Shown here in pieces: positions 37,021 to 49,148 of a stretch of DNA of 64,000 bases. The stretch's first letter is position 1, and each line of letters begins with the position of its first letter. The stretch is taken from assembly GCA_002189035.1 (NCBI GenBank), contig NEEC01000019.1:1240001-1304000 (forward strand), given 5' to 3'. The DNA is from Utricularia gibba. Taxonomy: Eukaryota > Plantae > Magnoliophyta. The notes beneath the pieces are model-generated. The model made no database searches. It was not told the origin of the DNA and saw nothing but the letters and a program-made list of their open reading frames with translations. The translations under genes were made by a program, and so were the position numbers.

Positions 37021-38813
37021 ATGGGAGGCGTCACTTCATCCATGGCAGCAAAGTTGGCTTTTTTCCCGCCAATGCCACCAAGCTACAAGCTTGTGACTGA
37101 TGAATTGACGGGCTTATTGCTCTTACACCCTTATCCCCATAGGGAAAATGTTCAGATTCTCAAGCTTGCAACACGCAGGGCCACGGAAATTGTTGCCATG
37201 TACGTGACCTACCCCATGGCTACTTCCACGCTTCTCTATTCTCATGGTAATGCTGCAGATATTGGTCAGATGTACGAGCTCTTTATCGAGCTTAGCATTC
37301 ATCTCAAAGTTAATATCATGGGGTAATTTCCTCTATTCTTCTTATCAATTTAATTGCTGTCAACTATGGGGGTCTAAGATACATTTCTCTTGGGTAGCAT
37401 TCATGTTGGAATACATGGATAAGATTAGTGATCATCTTTATTTTGATGCTGTTAGACATAAATGTCTTCATACACAAAACATAACTAGAAGGTGTGTTGT
37501 TTGTACTTATTCTCCTCAGGTATGATTACTCTGGCTATGGACAGTCATCTGGGAAGGTACTGGAAAACAAATAAAAATGATGAGATTTTACTTTTTTTGT
37601 TCCTTTCCAAGATGCAAGGTGTAAAAGTTCATGAAATCTATTATCGCAGCCAAGTGAGCATAACACCTATGCAGACATAGAAGCTGCATATAAGTGTCTT
37701 GAAGAGTTTTATGGAACCAAGCAAGAAGATGTTATCCTCTATGGTCAGTCTGTTGGTAGCGGCCCTACAGTGGATCTGGCTTCTCGTTTGCCTCGACTTA
37801 AGGCAGTTGTTTTGCATAGTCCTATTTCATCAGGCTTAAGAGTTATGTATCCTGTGAAGCGAACATATTGGTTTGACATCTATAAGGTGAGTATGTTGAT
37901 GGTGAACGCATAGCATATCTATGCATCAATGTTTCCCTGTCAAGTTCTTAGGAAAAAAAAATCGGTCCTCTCTAAAATTCAAGTGATTTTTTTTTTTTTT
38001 TTTTTGCAGAATATCGACAAAATCCCTTGGTGAAGTGTCCTGTTCTAATTATTCATGTAAGTTCTGTCATGAGGCTATATGGGATCAACTTCATTTTCTG
38101 GATTGTCCAGTTTTACGTGAGTATGTTATATGATATTCGGTGTTTAAGAGAGTCTAAACTTGGCAGGTTTCCGCTCTAAACTGTGGGTTTATTCTTTCAG
38201 TTCACTATGCATATTGTGATGTGTAGTATCTTAAACCTTTCATAACCTGCTAGAAGTGAATATCTTTCTTAACTTTTTGCACATTTTGATGGTCGACAAC
38301 ACCGGGTTGTTTCAGGGTACCGCTGACGATGTGGTTGATTTTTCCCATGGAAAACAACTTTACGAACTCTGCCAGGAGAAGTACGAGCCCCTTTGGATAA
38401 AGGGAGGCAACCACTGCAACTTAGAGCTGTACCCGGAGTACATCAAGCACCTGAAAAAGTTCATAACATACGTTGAGAAGCCTTTGTCGGTGAGGAAGTA
38501 TTCAAGACACAGTGTAGACCGTTCCGACCAGTTCCGAAGCACTTTTACCAGCATGGGGACTCCCAGAAACAGCACAGATCAGCGAGAGAAGCCTAGACGC
38601 AGCATTGACAAACCCAAAGTGTTGGAATTCAAGTTCCATAGCAGCAACAACAGATTCTCCAAACAGAAGCTGTCACTGGATCAACTGGATCGATCGAGAA
38701 GAAGTGTAGAATACCACCTCGAGAAGCCGAGGAGAAGCACCAGCATTGAGTTCGAGTTTGAGAAAGCCCGGAAAAGCATGGACTGGATGGATAGGCTCCG
38801 GCCAACTAATTGA
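37021..38813 (+). CDS. ABHD17: ABHD17-like alpha/beta hydrolase (ABAPT de-S-acylase family)
   Basis: [47 protein letters not shown] (Ser), GTADDVVD (Asp), GGNHCNLE (His), Arg/Ser-rich tail. One -1 deletion at CCC 38024-38026. Confidence 0.92.
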
Positions 38814-39354
38814 GGCATCCTGTGATGGCTGAAGAAGCAAGTTGCAAGACATTGAGGTTTGGGGTTGACTGGTATACATCTTGGGTTGGTTCCATTCACT
38901 AGCCAAATTCAACACCACCACTCCCTTACATTAGAGTCTTGTTCCATATGTATGTTGCTTCCAAGTTCCACCATTACATGGATCATTTTAGCGTATCTTG
39001 TATTAACTTTGCTCCATATGCAATAAACAATCATTTTAGCATACCTACCTCTATGATTTCAGGCTGTCCTACAATCACATAATGGGACTGAAAATTTTGC
39101 TAGTTGAGTGAGCTCTTTATCTTCTCTTGTTTGTGGGTTTTTCAGGATATGTTGTTGAATCAACATCCAGTTTCACAGCACTGATGCGGCTGTTGATGGG
39201 TACAGCATATAAATTTTGTCGTGTTTCTGTGTTTGCCAGCTCATGGGAAGTCGAGTTCAACTTAAATTGTATAAACCGTCTGCGTCAAGATTCCTTCTTT
39301 ATATGATTTCATACAACAAAGAAGCTGCATACGAGGAAAAAACCATCTACTCTC

Positions 39355-41471
39355 ATGGCGTCGCTTAGATTCCCCGGCCTGATGACCACCCCAGTTGCTA
39401 ATTCTCCACGGCGGCGAAGTCGGGTTGGATTCAGAATATTCGCCCAGAGTGGTGATTCGGAGCCTGATCTTAGCGTCACAGTCAACGGCTTGAAGATGCC
39501 TAATCCCTTTGTGATCGGGTCAGGTCCACCGGGAACGAATTACACCGTCATGAAGCGGGCTTTCGATGAAGGATGGGGTGCCGTTATAGCTAAAACGGTG
39601 ACATTTTCCTCTTCCTACTCCCTAAGACTTCAGTTGACTGTTTGAAGGAATCACTCATAATTTTTGCCATGGTTTAATGACTTTTTGAAGTTGGGAAATA
39701 GAAGTTGCTTATATGAATCTGAAATCCAAATGCTGTTTTTTCGATGAGATCATTGAGTAGAATGTTGTAGTGGCAGAACATGCTGCAGGGAACTGTGGAA
39801 CTGCAGAAGCTATTAGTTTTTGTTCCTTGATTCTTCTACTAGCCATGAAAGGAAAGGCTTTTGATCATGAAAAAAAAATGTGATACAGGTTTCTCTGGAT
39901 GCTGCTAAGGTCATCAATGTAACTCCTCGATATGCAAGGTTGCGGGCAGGAGCGAACGGCTCAGCCAAGGGGCAAATTATAGGTTGGCAGAACATTGAGC
40001 TGATAAGTGATCGGCCTCTGGAAACAATGTTGATGGAGTTTAAAAAGCTGAAAGAAGAGTATCCAGACAGGATACTAATCGCTTCCATCATGGAAGAATA
40101 CAACAAAGATGCATGGCATGAGCTTATAGATAGAGTCGAGCAGACTGGAGTTGTAAGTTCATAGTTACTCTCTAGACCTGTGCTGTTCATTTCTCTATGG
40201 GATTTTTGAAATCTTGGGGTGCTATCAGGATGCTATAGAGATCAACTTTTCATGTCCCCATGGCATGCCAGAGCGTAAGATGGGTGCAGCCGTTGGCCAA
40301 GATTGTGACTTGTTAGAGGAAGTTTGTGGATGGATTAACGAGAAGGCATCCATCCCTGTATGGGCTAAAATGACTCCAAACATCACTGACATTGCATTGG
40401 TATGCTTTTCCTTTTCATTTTCTCGGTACAAAATAATGGTGTTCTGCATGGCATGTGCTTATAGCTTGCATATTTGGGTTCCTCGTGATTTCCCAAGACA
40501 TGTTTAATCTTTACTTGAGCTAGAAGCTGCAGCTACCCACTTAACCTTTCTCACATCACTTTTCTTCTCTGCATCATTATTTTAGTTTGCTTCATTTTCA
40601 GGCCGCTAAAGTCTCCTTGAAGAATGGATGTGAGGGGGTTTCTGCAATCAACACCATCATGAGTGTGATGGGAATTAATCTAGACACACTGCGGCCTGAA
40701 CCATGTGTGGAGGGGTAAGCATTTGTTTCTTCTATCAGAAAACTCATGGTTTCAATGGCGTTTGTTCTTCTGTAGCCACAAACTGATGTAACTTGATAAG
40801 CAACCAGCATGCCACTTACCCGTTTTCTTCGATTTCAACTTAGATACTCAACACCTGGAGGCTACTCCGCAAAGGCAGTCCATCCTATCGCACTGGCAAA
40901 GGTGATGAGCATCGCCCGGATGATCAAGAATGATTTCCCAGATGGAGATCGTTCCCTCTCCGCTATCGGAGGTGTAGAAACGGGTGCTGATGCTGCAGAG
41001 TTCATTCTTCTTGGAGCTAATACAGTTCAGGTTCGACACCAGTAAGCTGTTTTCTGAAGCTCACCATGGAAGAAAACCTTCATGTCCCAGCTCAACTGTT
41101 GTTGTCTACCTTTCTCCAGGTCTGCACAGGTGTGATGATGCACGGATACGGCCTCGTCAAGAAGCTCTCCTCTGAACTCCAAGAATTCATGAAAAAACAC
41201 AACTTCTCATCCATAGAGGATTTCAGAGGGTACACAACACACTCACACACACACAGAAATTTAACCCTGCAAATTTTGGCTTCCTGAGATTCAGACCTTG
41301 ACATTTCCGAGCAGGGCTTCCTTGGACTACTTCACAACGCACACCGATCTCGTGAGACGACAGCAAGAAGCCGTCCGCGAAAGGAAGGCTACCAAGAAAG
41401 GGCTGCAATCAGACAAAGACTGGACCGGAGATGGCTTTGTTAAAGAGACAGAGAGCATGGTCTCCAACTGA
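39355..41471 (+). CDS. PYD1: Dihydropyrimidine dehydrogenase (NADP+), plastidial
   Basis: Transit peptide followed by PDLSVTVNGLKMPNPFVIGSGPPGTN, NIELISDRP, EINFSCPHGMPER, WAKMTPNITDI, AINTIMS, IGGVETG, VQVCTG, KETESMVSN*. Confidence 0.96.
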
Positions 41472-44110
41472 TTGGTGAGTGGCATGCTTGTCTTCTTACC
41501 AGAGAAGGCATGTTTTTACAGAACAGTAGCATGAATAATGAATGTGGTCCCTGTGACTTTGTAAGATGAGTGTACTGATGTTGCATGCAAAACCATCTTC
41601 GTTGCATCTTCACCTTTGGTTTGATCCCCAACCAGTGGACTGTTTCAAAGTGCTGGAGCAGAAGCATTCAGCTGCCATTCTGATCAGTACTCAAATACAC
41701 ACAGAAAACTCCTCAGGTCATCCCAATGTTCAAGTCTGGACTCCGGAGGAGCCAAATTATTTGGGCCTTATTATGTTAGTTCTACTAGGCCGAGCCCAGC
41801 CCAATATCCTTGCAACTGACGGTTGCAGCGTTGACGTGGAGAAATAAGTTTTTATGATTAATTTGATAAGATGTTTTAATTTACTCAATATTAAATACGA
41901 ATAAAATTAATTTACGTAAAAAATGAATAATTTGAAAAATATGTATATGTTTGATAAAAAAAATTATAAATAATATTATCAAAATATTTAATAAAAATAA
42001 CTATAAAATAATATTATATTTTACCATTATAAGATTAATTCATGTTTCATCCTTAATAAAATTTTAAATAATAAAATTATTAGAATATATTTTCAATGAT
42101 ATTAAATATCATTATTTATCACATATGTAATTAAAAATATTATTTAATATAAAATAATTTTTATATCTTAATGTTGTATAAAATAAAATAAAATATAAAA
42201 TCGTAAAGATTAAATATCTAAAATGAATAAGAAACAATAAAGACCATGTATTCAACAAAAGTTTTAGGAAGGGCGGTTGAAAGTAACTAAGGCAACCATA
42301 AGTTAGTTGACAAGTAGTAGGTTTGTAGGAGTTAAAGTAACCGTATAAACTGTCCAACAGGACCACAAGGGCACAATGTTTGATTATTTTATTAATTTAT
42401 TTGGTCTGAACGTATTTGGATTGTATAACTTATCAAAATGTGTCCAAAATCTCATACTCACAAGTCATGATTGGAAAACGACAAAATGGAGGCATCTTTT
42501 TCCATTCCACAGTATGTGTATGTGTATGTATATCCCTGCAGCTGCTGCAATTATTATGAAGAAGAAGGGAAACCATAACTTAAATGGAATTATTCAATAA
42601 AACAACAAAATTCAAGAACCCTGAATTCAGACAAGGAAAACAAATTCTTTTTTTTTTGGTCTACTTATATATCTATACTATTTACATATTAATACTTATA
42701 TTCATTAAATATCAAACGTTATATATGATTGAGTATATACTTACACCATTCTTAGGATTAATATTACATTATCAACTGTTCATCAAATTAATGTTTATAG
42801 ACATTAAGTTGAATAAGATGGGGATATTAGGTTTGGTTTTCCCTAACTGCCGGCAAGGCTAGCCACACCGAAAACCAGCATCTCGCTCTCAGTCTCAGCA
42901 CAGAGCCGTGAGCCCGGCCGCATACTGCCAACTTCCTTATCCGGGGACATGGCATCAATGCCTTTGCCTACGCTCTCTCGTATTATTCTATTCTATTCGT
43001 TCATGAGCGCGATGTGAGATTTTTTGTGCATTTTGCTGGGGCAACAGCCTCCTCCCCTCGCCCCAAACCCTCGAACCGGCAGCAGTCACTCATACATAGG
43101 ATCGAATCATATTGTTGAAATTAAGGATTTGATAATGGAACGAGTATATGTAAAGTTCAAATAAACAAAAAACATATATTATATTAAAAAAATTAAATTA
43201 AATCAATTACTATTAATTCAAAATTTTTTATATAATTAATTATTTCACTTTTATTTTCCAATACGAAATCAATTGTTATAATACGTATCATCATCTCCTC
43301 ATCGTTTGAGGATGCAAGAAAAGCACAGGGTTGGATTAGAAGCAGCGAGCAGGGGACAAGATGCGAAGAGGGACACGGGATCTGTGGTTGAAAACCCGCG
43401 ATTGACTTGTCCATTTATCTTGTGAAATAAATTAGCAACTGACCACCCTTCTTCATTACCTTCAACCACCTCTCCTTTCTGCCTTCCCCCCACATGTCCC
43501 CCGCGTCTTGTGTTGTCTTCATGAATGGACCTGTCATGGTTCCCTAGAAATGGAATTTTCTAAATAAATGAAAGTGAACTTATTATTATTATTATGATTT
43601 ATAAAATAATTATGGTTATTTTGAATTATTTTATGCATTTAGTAGGATAGTTTAATTAATAATTTATTTATAATTGGATAAATATATATTTAAAATAAAT
43701 AAAAATTAGAACTTGTTTGTTTAAGAAAAATGGTATGAGAGAATAATTTTGATCAATATTATTGAAATGATTATATAAATATTTTATAATTATGTATTTA
43801 TTTTTAAAAAATATTTCTCAACAAATGTGTATTTTCAATTATTTGATAATTGAAAATTATATATACACAAGCCTACCAGGTACCAAATTACTGAAAAAAT
43901 ATTATGATGAAAACGAAATAATACAAACTGAATGGACCAATCAGATACAGTTGCCAATAATGATGTCTTTAATTTTGTTTTTTTTTTTCTGTGTTTTTAT
44001 GTCTACTGTACTCACGCCTACCTCCTTATATAAACCTCTGAATCCTCTCCGGTCTTTCCCATTCCTCCACCCATCCCCTTGACTCAGAAGCTCTCCAGCA
44101 GAACAAGCAG

Positions 44111-45228
44111 ATGGATTCTTCTTCTAACCTGACTGATTCTTCTCCCAGGACTCCTACAAGGAAGAGGAAGAAGGCCTCCATGGTTCGTTCGTTCATTCAA
44201 ACTCTTTTACTGCATGGTTTGTGATGGACTGAGCTCATGCTGCTATGTTTCCTGCTTGAAGGAAGCTGAAGAAGATGATACGAAGAAAGTGAAAGAAGAG
44301 AAGGATGCCCCAACAGGTTATATTCATGTGAGGGCCAGGAGGGGTCAAGCTACAGACAGCCACAGCCTCGCTGAAAGAGTATGTTCCTTTTGTTGTTGCT
44401 TTGCTTCCATTTTTCTTCTGAGGGGAAATAAATACCTTGGTTACCAGGTAAGAAGGGAGAAGATCAGTGAGCGGATGAGGCTTCTTCAGTCCCTTGTCCC
44501 TGGTTGCCACAAGGTTTTGTATCTTTCTTCTTCATTCTGTAACGTATTTTACCCTACAGTAAAAACTAAACACACGACGGTGGATGAATCCCTGGTGTAG
44601 GTCACGGGGAAAGCCTCGATGCTGGATGAAATTATAAACTACGTCCATTCCCTGCAGAATCAAGTGGAGGTGATTTTCTTCTTCCTATTGTTTGAAAAAT
44701 GATGATCAAACACAGTTTACGTAGTGTTTTTTTGTTGTCTTTTGGGTTTACACAGTTGCTGTCAATGAAGTTAGCTTCTGCCAGCCCCATGCTTTACGAC
44801 TTTGGAATGGAGATAGAATCATTCATGGTGCGCCCTGATCATCAGGTTAGCAGAAACTCTTGCTTCAGTCATTAACAGTTTGAATGATTCATAGCATAGA
44901 AATTACTTTGTCTGATAAACTAAGGAACTTACGCCCATTCTGACTTCACCTTCTACTCACAGGGCTTGAGCAGCTTCCCGTGCTTGGAACACTCCTTCCC
45001 TGCATTGGAGAACGACTTCACAGCTTTCGGTCCCCTTCAACACACCCTGGCTAGTCATCATAACTTCCTTCCCCAGGTGCGTCTACAGTAACAACCCAAA
45101 ACCCCCCTTTTTACTGTCTTCTCAACACCCTTACGCCAAATGCCATTCCAACGCTAGAGGGGGATGTGGAAGAGCAGAGACAGAGAACTGCGATGAACAA
45201 CACAGGCGGCGACTGCGTTTTCTTCTGA
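44111..45228 (+). CDS. bHLH transcription factor, subfamily XII (BEE/CIB; bHLH137-like)
   Basis: [66 protein letters not shown]. Exon 1 44111-44182. The last exon may carry a -1 deletion at G5 45159-45163. Confidence 0.9.
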
Positions 45229-48200
45229 GATCAGCAACAGCAGAAGTCAGTTGTGGGAGTGCGGCTGGTGGTCATTATTAACTTTTACCCTCAATTACCG
45301 TGTACAAAATGTTAACTTTTGCCCCTGGATGGAGTCAGGGAGTCTTCTGCACATGGACCACGTAGATGAAGATGAACCCACCAAGAATTTTTGTTTTTGT
45401 GTTTTAATATTCACAAGTTCCGATGTTAAGAAGCTTAACCCCACCACATGAAATTCTGTCAAGGGGATGACGAGATCTGGTTAAGATTCGGGTGTCTCTT
45501 ACTTTTGGTTTCATCGTCGAAAAATTAATTGATTGTGGGCGACGGGGAAATGCCCATCCCAACCAACGTGCCCTTGAATCTCACTTGAAATGGAAAGAAA
45601 CACAGGACAGTTATTCGCGCAAAATTTACCCGCCCCACCATCCAGTGAAAAAAAAGCATTCTCGCCTGCGCTTTGCCCCATTCAAAGTGGTAAAAAAGAA
45701 AAAAAAAAGAAGACACCCACTAATCTTGAAGTTAAAGATCCGACATATCAAATAAATAATGGTGTAAGTAATTTAATTGAATTATACATAGATTACAAAT
45801 GAGATAAATAGAAAATTTATATAGAATAACATTTTCTAATCTTATATAAAGTATTTTCTTCGAAATGAAGAAATTGAGTGTATAAATCAGATAATATTAT
45901 ATAAGAACATACTATATGAAATTTAAATACATAATAAATTAAAATCATATTTGAAAAATGTTGTGTTCAATTAGTTATCAATAATTCATAATTAAGCAGA
46001 GTATATATTTTATTTTTTAAATTAAAAGTTAAATTAACATGAAATTCACGTTAACTATCCAAATATAAGTCAAACGTTCTGATATCATGACGATTTATTT
46101 ATTTTTTCTAATGTGAACGAGAAAAACTAAGATGCAAAGGTTGGAATTTTATTAAAACACTAGTTGCAGTACGTGGCGAAGTGTGATTTGGCAAGGTTGG
46201 AATTTAAAAATGGGCAAATTATAATCATTTGTGCCGGATTGCCTGTACATGGGAGGGCGGTGTCCTCGTTCTATTCTACCTATGCATTTAGGACACGGGA
46301 TGTCCTAAACCAACAGAGACCCGTGTCTTCTTCCCTTTCATCCTTTTCCTGCGTCTCGAAGCTGTCGGGGGAATGCCCTGGCCCCCACACCGCCCATCAC
46401 TGGGAGCTGTTGGCTACGGGGGAATGATCGCCGTTAACTCCCATTTGTATTCACTCCGGGAGCGGCGGGCGGTTAAGAAGATGAGAAGAGAAAGTGAGGG
46501 GGTGAGATGGATGGGCATCTTTTGAGAAAGCACTGCAAACGTGGGTGACTGGGAATGGCGGAGGCAAGAAGACAGGAGCAGTAAATGGAACAAGTGGCAT
46601 CTTAAAGAGGAGAGAAGGCGCAGACACATGGAGGTGGAAGTTGGAATGGAAAAGAAGCCGTGAACCAATGGTTTGAGCCAATGCTTGTCCAGAAGCCTCC
46701 AGCTCTGTTATCTACATGGATTTGACAGTGGAAGTGGAGTAGAACAGAGCGGTTGACAGTCGAACCTCTCATTTTGTATTTGTGGAAATTAAGGATAAAA
46801 TAGGTTCAACTATTACACGTGAATTTTAATTATACAAAAAACATGAATTACATTAAAAAAAGATTAGATTCAATTTATTATTAATAATTTGTAATTTTTT
46901 ATATAATTGATTATTATAATTTCAAATCAATGTAAAATTGTTTATTCTAATATTCATATTCAAGTTGAACTGATCTTTTTTATTCATTAAAACTTGTTTT
47001 TTTATAATTGTAGATATTAATTAAATTATAGGTTGATCTAATTTTTTTTTGTTTAAATTTAATGCATTTTTTGTTTTTTTTAATCCAATATAAAACTTAT
47101 ATTGGCCACCAAACTATGTTTCAAGTCAAAATCTTTGATATCATATTGAAATTAAGAATTTAATAATATAGGGGAAGCACGTATGAAATTTGAATATATA
47201 TATATAATATTAGAAAAAATTAAACATAAACAATTACTAATATTATGTAATTTATTATATATTTAATTATTTTACTTTCAAATCACAGTAATATTGTTTG
47301 TTCTAATATTATTTGTGTGTGAAGAGTGCACTAAAACGTTGCGTTTCATTGTGATTCTCTCAAACCTGTTTAGGTGAAGAGTCTGTGTTCAGGGCCCGTT
47401 GCTCTAAAAACCTAGCTACTGCATCACATGTCTAGTCCACATGGACTTGCCTGTGTGCAGCTGATAAGTTTGAGGCCTACATCCATGGAAACTTGCAAGA
47501 TTCCTTCTTCCCAAGTCAAATCAAGGGAAAGATGAACAGAACAAGCCATAGACATGGCTGCAACAAGCCTCACAGCTCCGCAGAAGATAAGGCTATCCAA
47601 ACAAGGAGTTAAGACAATCATGTCGAACAACCGCTGGCAGACCTCCTGGTTCGTAGTGAAAAAAAGAACCTTCATTTTCAATGGTCTCGGACAGAAATTC
47701 TCCCTACCCAGACACGCCCACTCTTCAATCAATCTTCAGCATCAACACGTTCAAATGTTTCTGCAGTACTTTCTGATGGCTTTTCCCTCACTGCGGTAAA
47801 AAAGAGAAATGCTTTCTCTTTATCACAAATGCATCCTTAGACGCAACAACAGAAGCAGAAGCAGAGTTTAATGATGACGTCCCTCCCCCCAACGTGCAGC
47901 AAGGGGATTCCCAGTGTTACTCAGACAGACAAAACACCAGCTTTATTATTATTTTAACTTGTGGGAGAAATATTATTACCAAGGGTCAGTGAAGTCGGTA
48001 AGAATAAGCACGTTGCAGGTGCCAGAAGGGCGCAAACTCCGTCACCTCGGGAAAGAACTAGCTTCTGAAGCTGTCGGATGATAATGGCGCTGCTCTTACT
48101 GCAAAATCTTGACCACAATACCCCGTTTGATTTTTCCCAATTTTCATTTAATTTATTCGGTTTTTTTTAGCTCATCCAAGTACGGAACCTTCGAGCTCTG

Positions 48201-48328
48201 TTCAATTTGAATCATTAGAAAAAAAAAAAAATTCCAAAATACTATTCCAAGTATCGGAATTGGATAAAAATATACCTCAAATTTCAAAAAATACCTCTAA
48301 TTTATTAAATGGATCGTATTACTAAGAT

Positions 48329-48616
48329 GGTGTTTGATAGTTGCGTATAGAATATTTATTATCAAGTTTACACATATTTTTTTATTTGATTAACTAATAT
48401 ATGTATATTAATATATTATTATATTATTCACATACTCATTTTTTATTTTTTGAATAAATGTATAATATACACAAATGAAGTAGAGGGAGCTAATTATATC
48501 TATACTTCTCATATATTCTTATTTCTATTATTAGATATAAAAACATTATATATAATTGAGTATAGATGCTCAATTACATTATAATTAAATATATTAATAT
48601 TTTACTATTAAAAGAC
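48329..48616. mobile_element. Tourist-like MITE remnant, copy 2
   Basis: Begins ggtgtttgatagt, ends in a degenerate actattaaaagac; internal similarity to 19289-19502. Confidence 0.55.
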
Positions 48617-49148
48617 ATATAACTCTGTTAAATATCTATATCTATACCATTATATTCGACCTGAATATCTTAATTTTTAAAAAGGATCGTATTTTGGAAA
48701 TTCTAAAATAGAAACTGAATTCGAAAAGTATGCTCAAGACTACATCCAAACATAATCGATCCGATTTATATTAACTATAAAATTAAAAATAAATAAAATT
48801 TTGCATATAATTATAAATACCATTGAAGTAATCTTTATCCATACAATGCAACTCACTGGAATGAAAGTGGGCCACTTTGGGCCTAACTACATGTCATGAA
48901 CTATTGATGACGGTTGGCCCAACGTTGTGGACCTGTGCGAGGCCAATGATGGAAACATGTAAAGTTGAGGGGTGAAAAGGAAAATACCGAAAATATGATT
49001 GGAGAGCTTCGCTGAAGGAATTGAGTGCAGTAACTTCGTGCATCGCTTTCGGATCCCAGGCAGAGACGGGAATGCTGAAAATCTGGTTTCGTTGGTAGCC
49101 AGATTCTTCCCAGATTTGTTACTGTTGGGAGGAGGAGTTTAAAGTTGG

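Noticed and set aside
6226-41471. Metabolic gene cluster (GMP, FPGS, PAP, PYD1)
   Set aside because: The enzymes belong to unrelated primary pathways and are interspersed with housekeeping genes; ordinary synteny explains the arrangement.
41560-41730. Possible C/D-box snoRNA after PYD1
   Set aside because: Box C matches are poor and the C-to-D spacing is implausible; no terminal stem.
46414-46681. Minus-strand ORFs resembling transit peptides
   Set aside because: Non-ATG starts, low-complexity CT-rich composition and no downstream domain.
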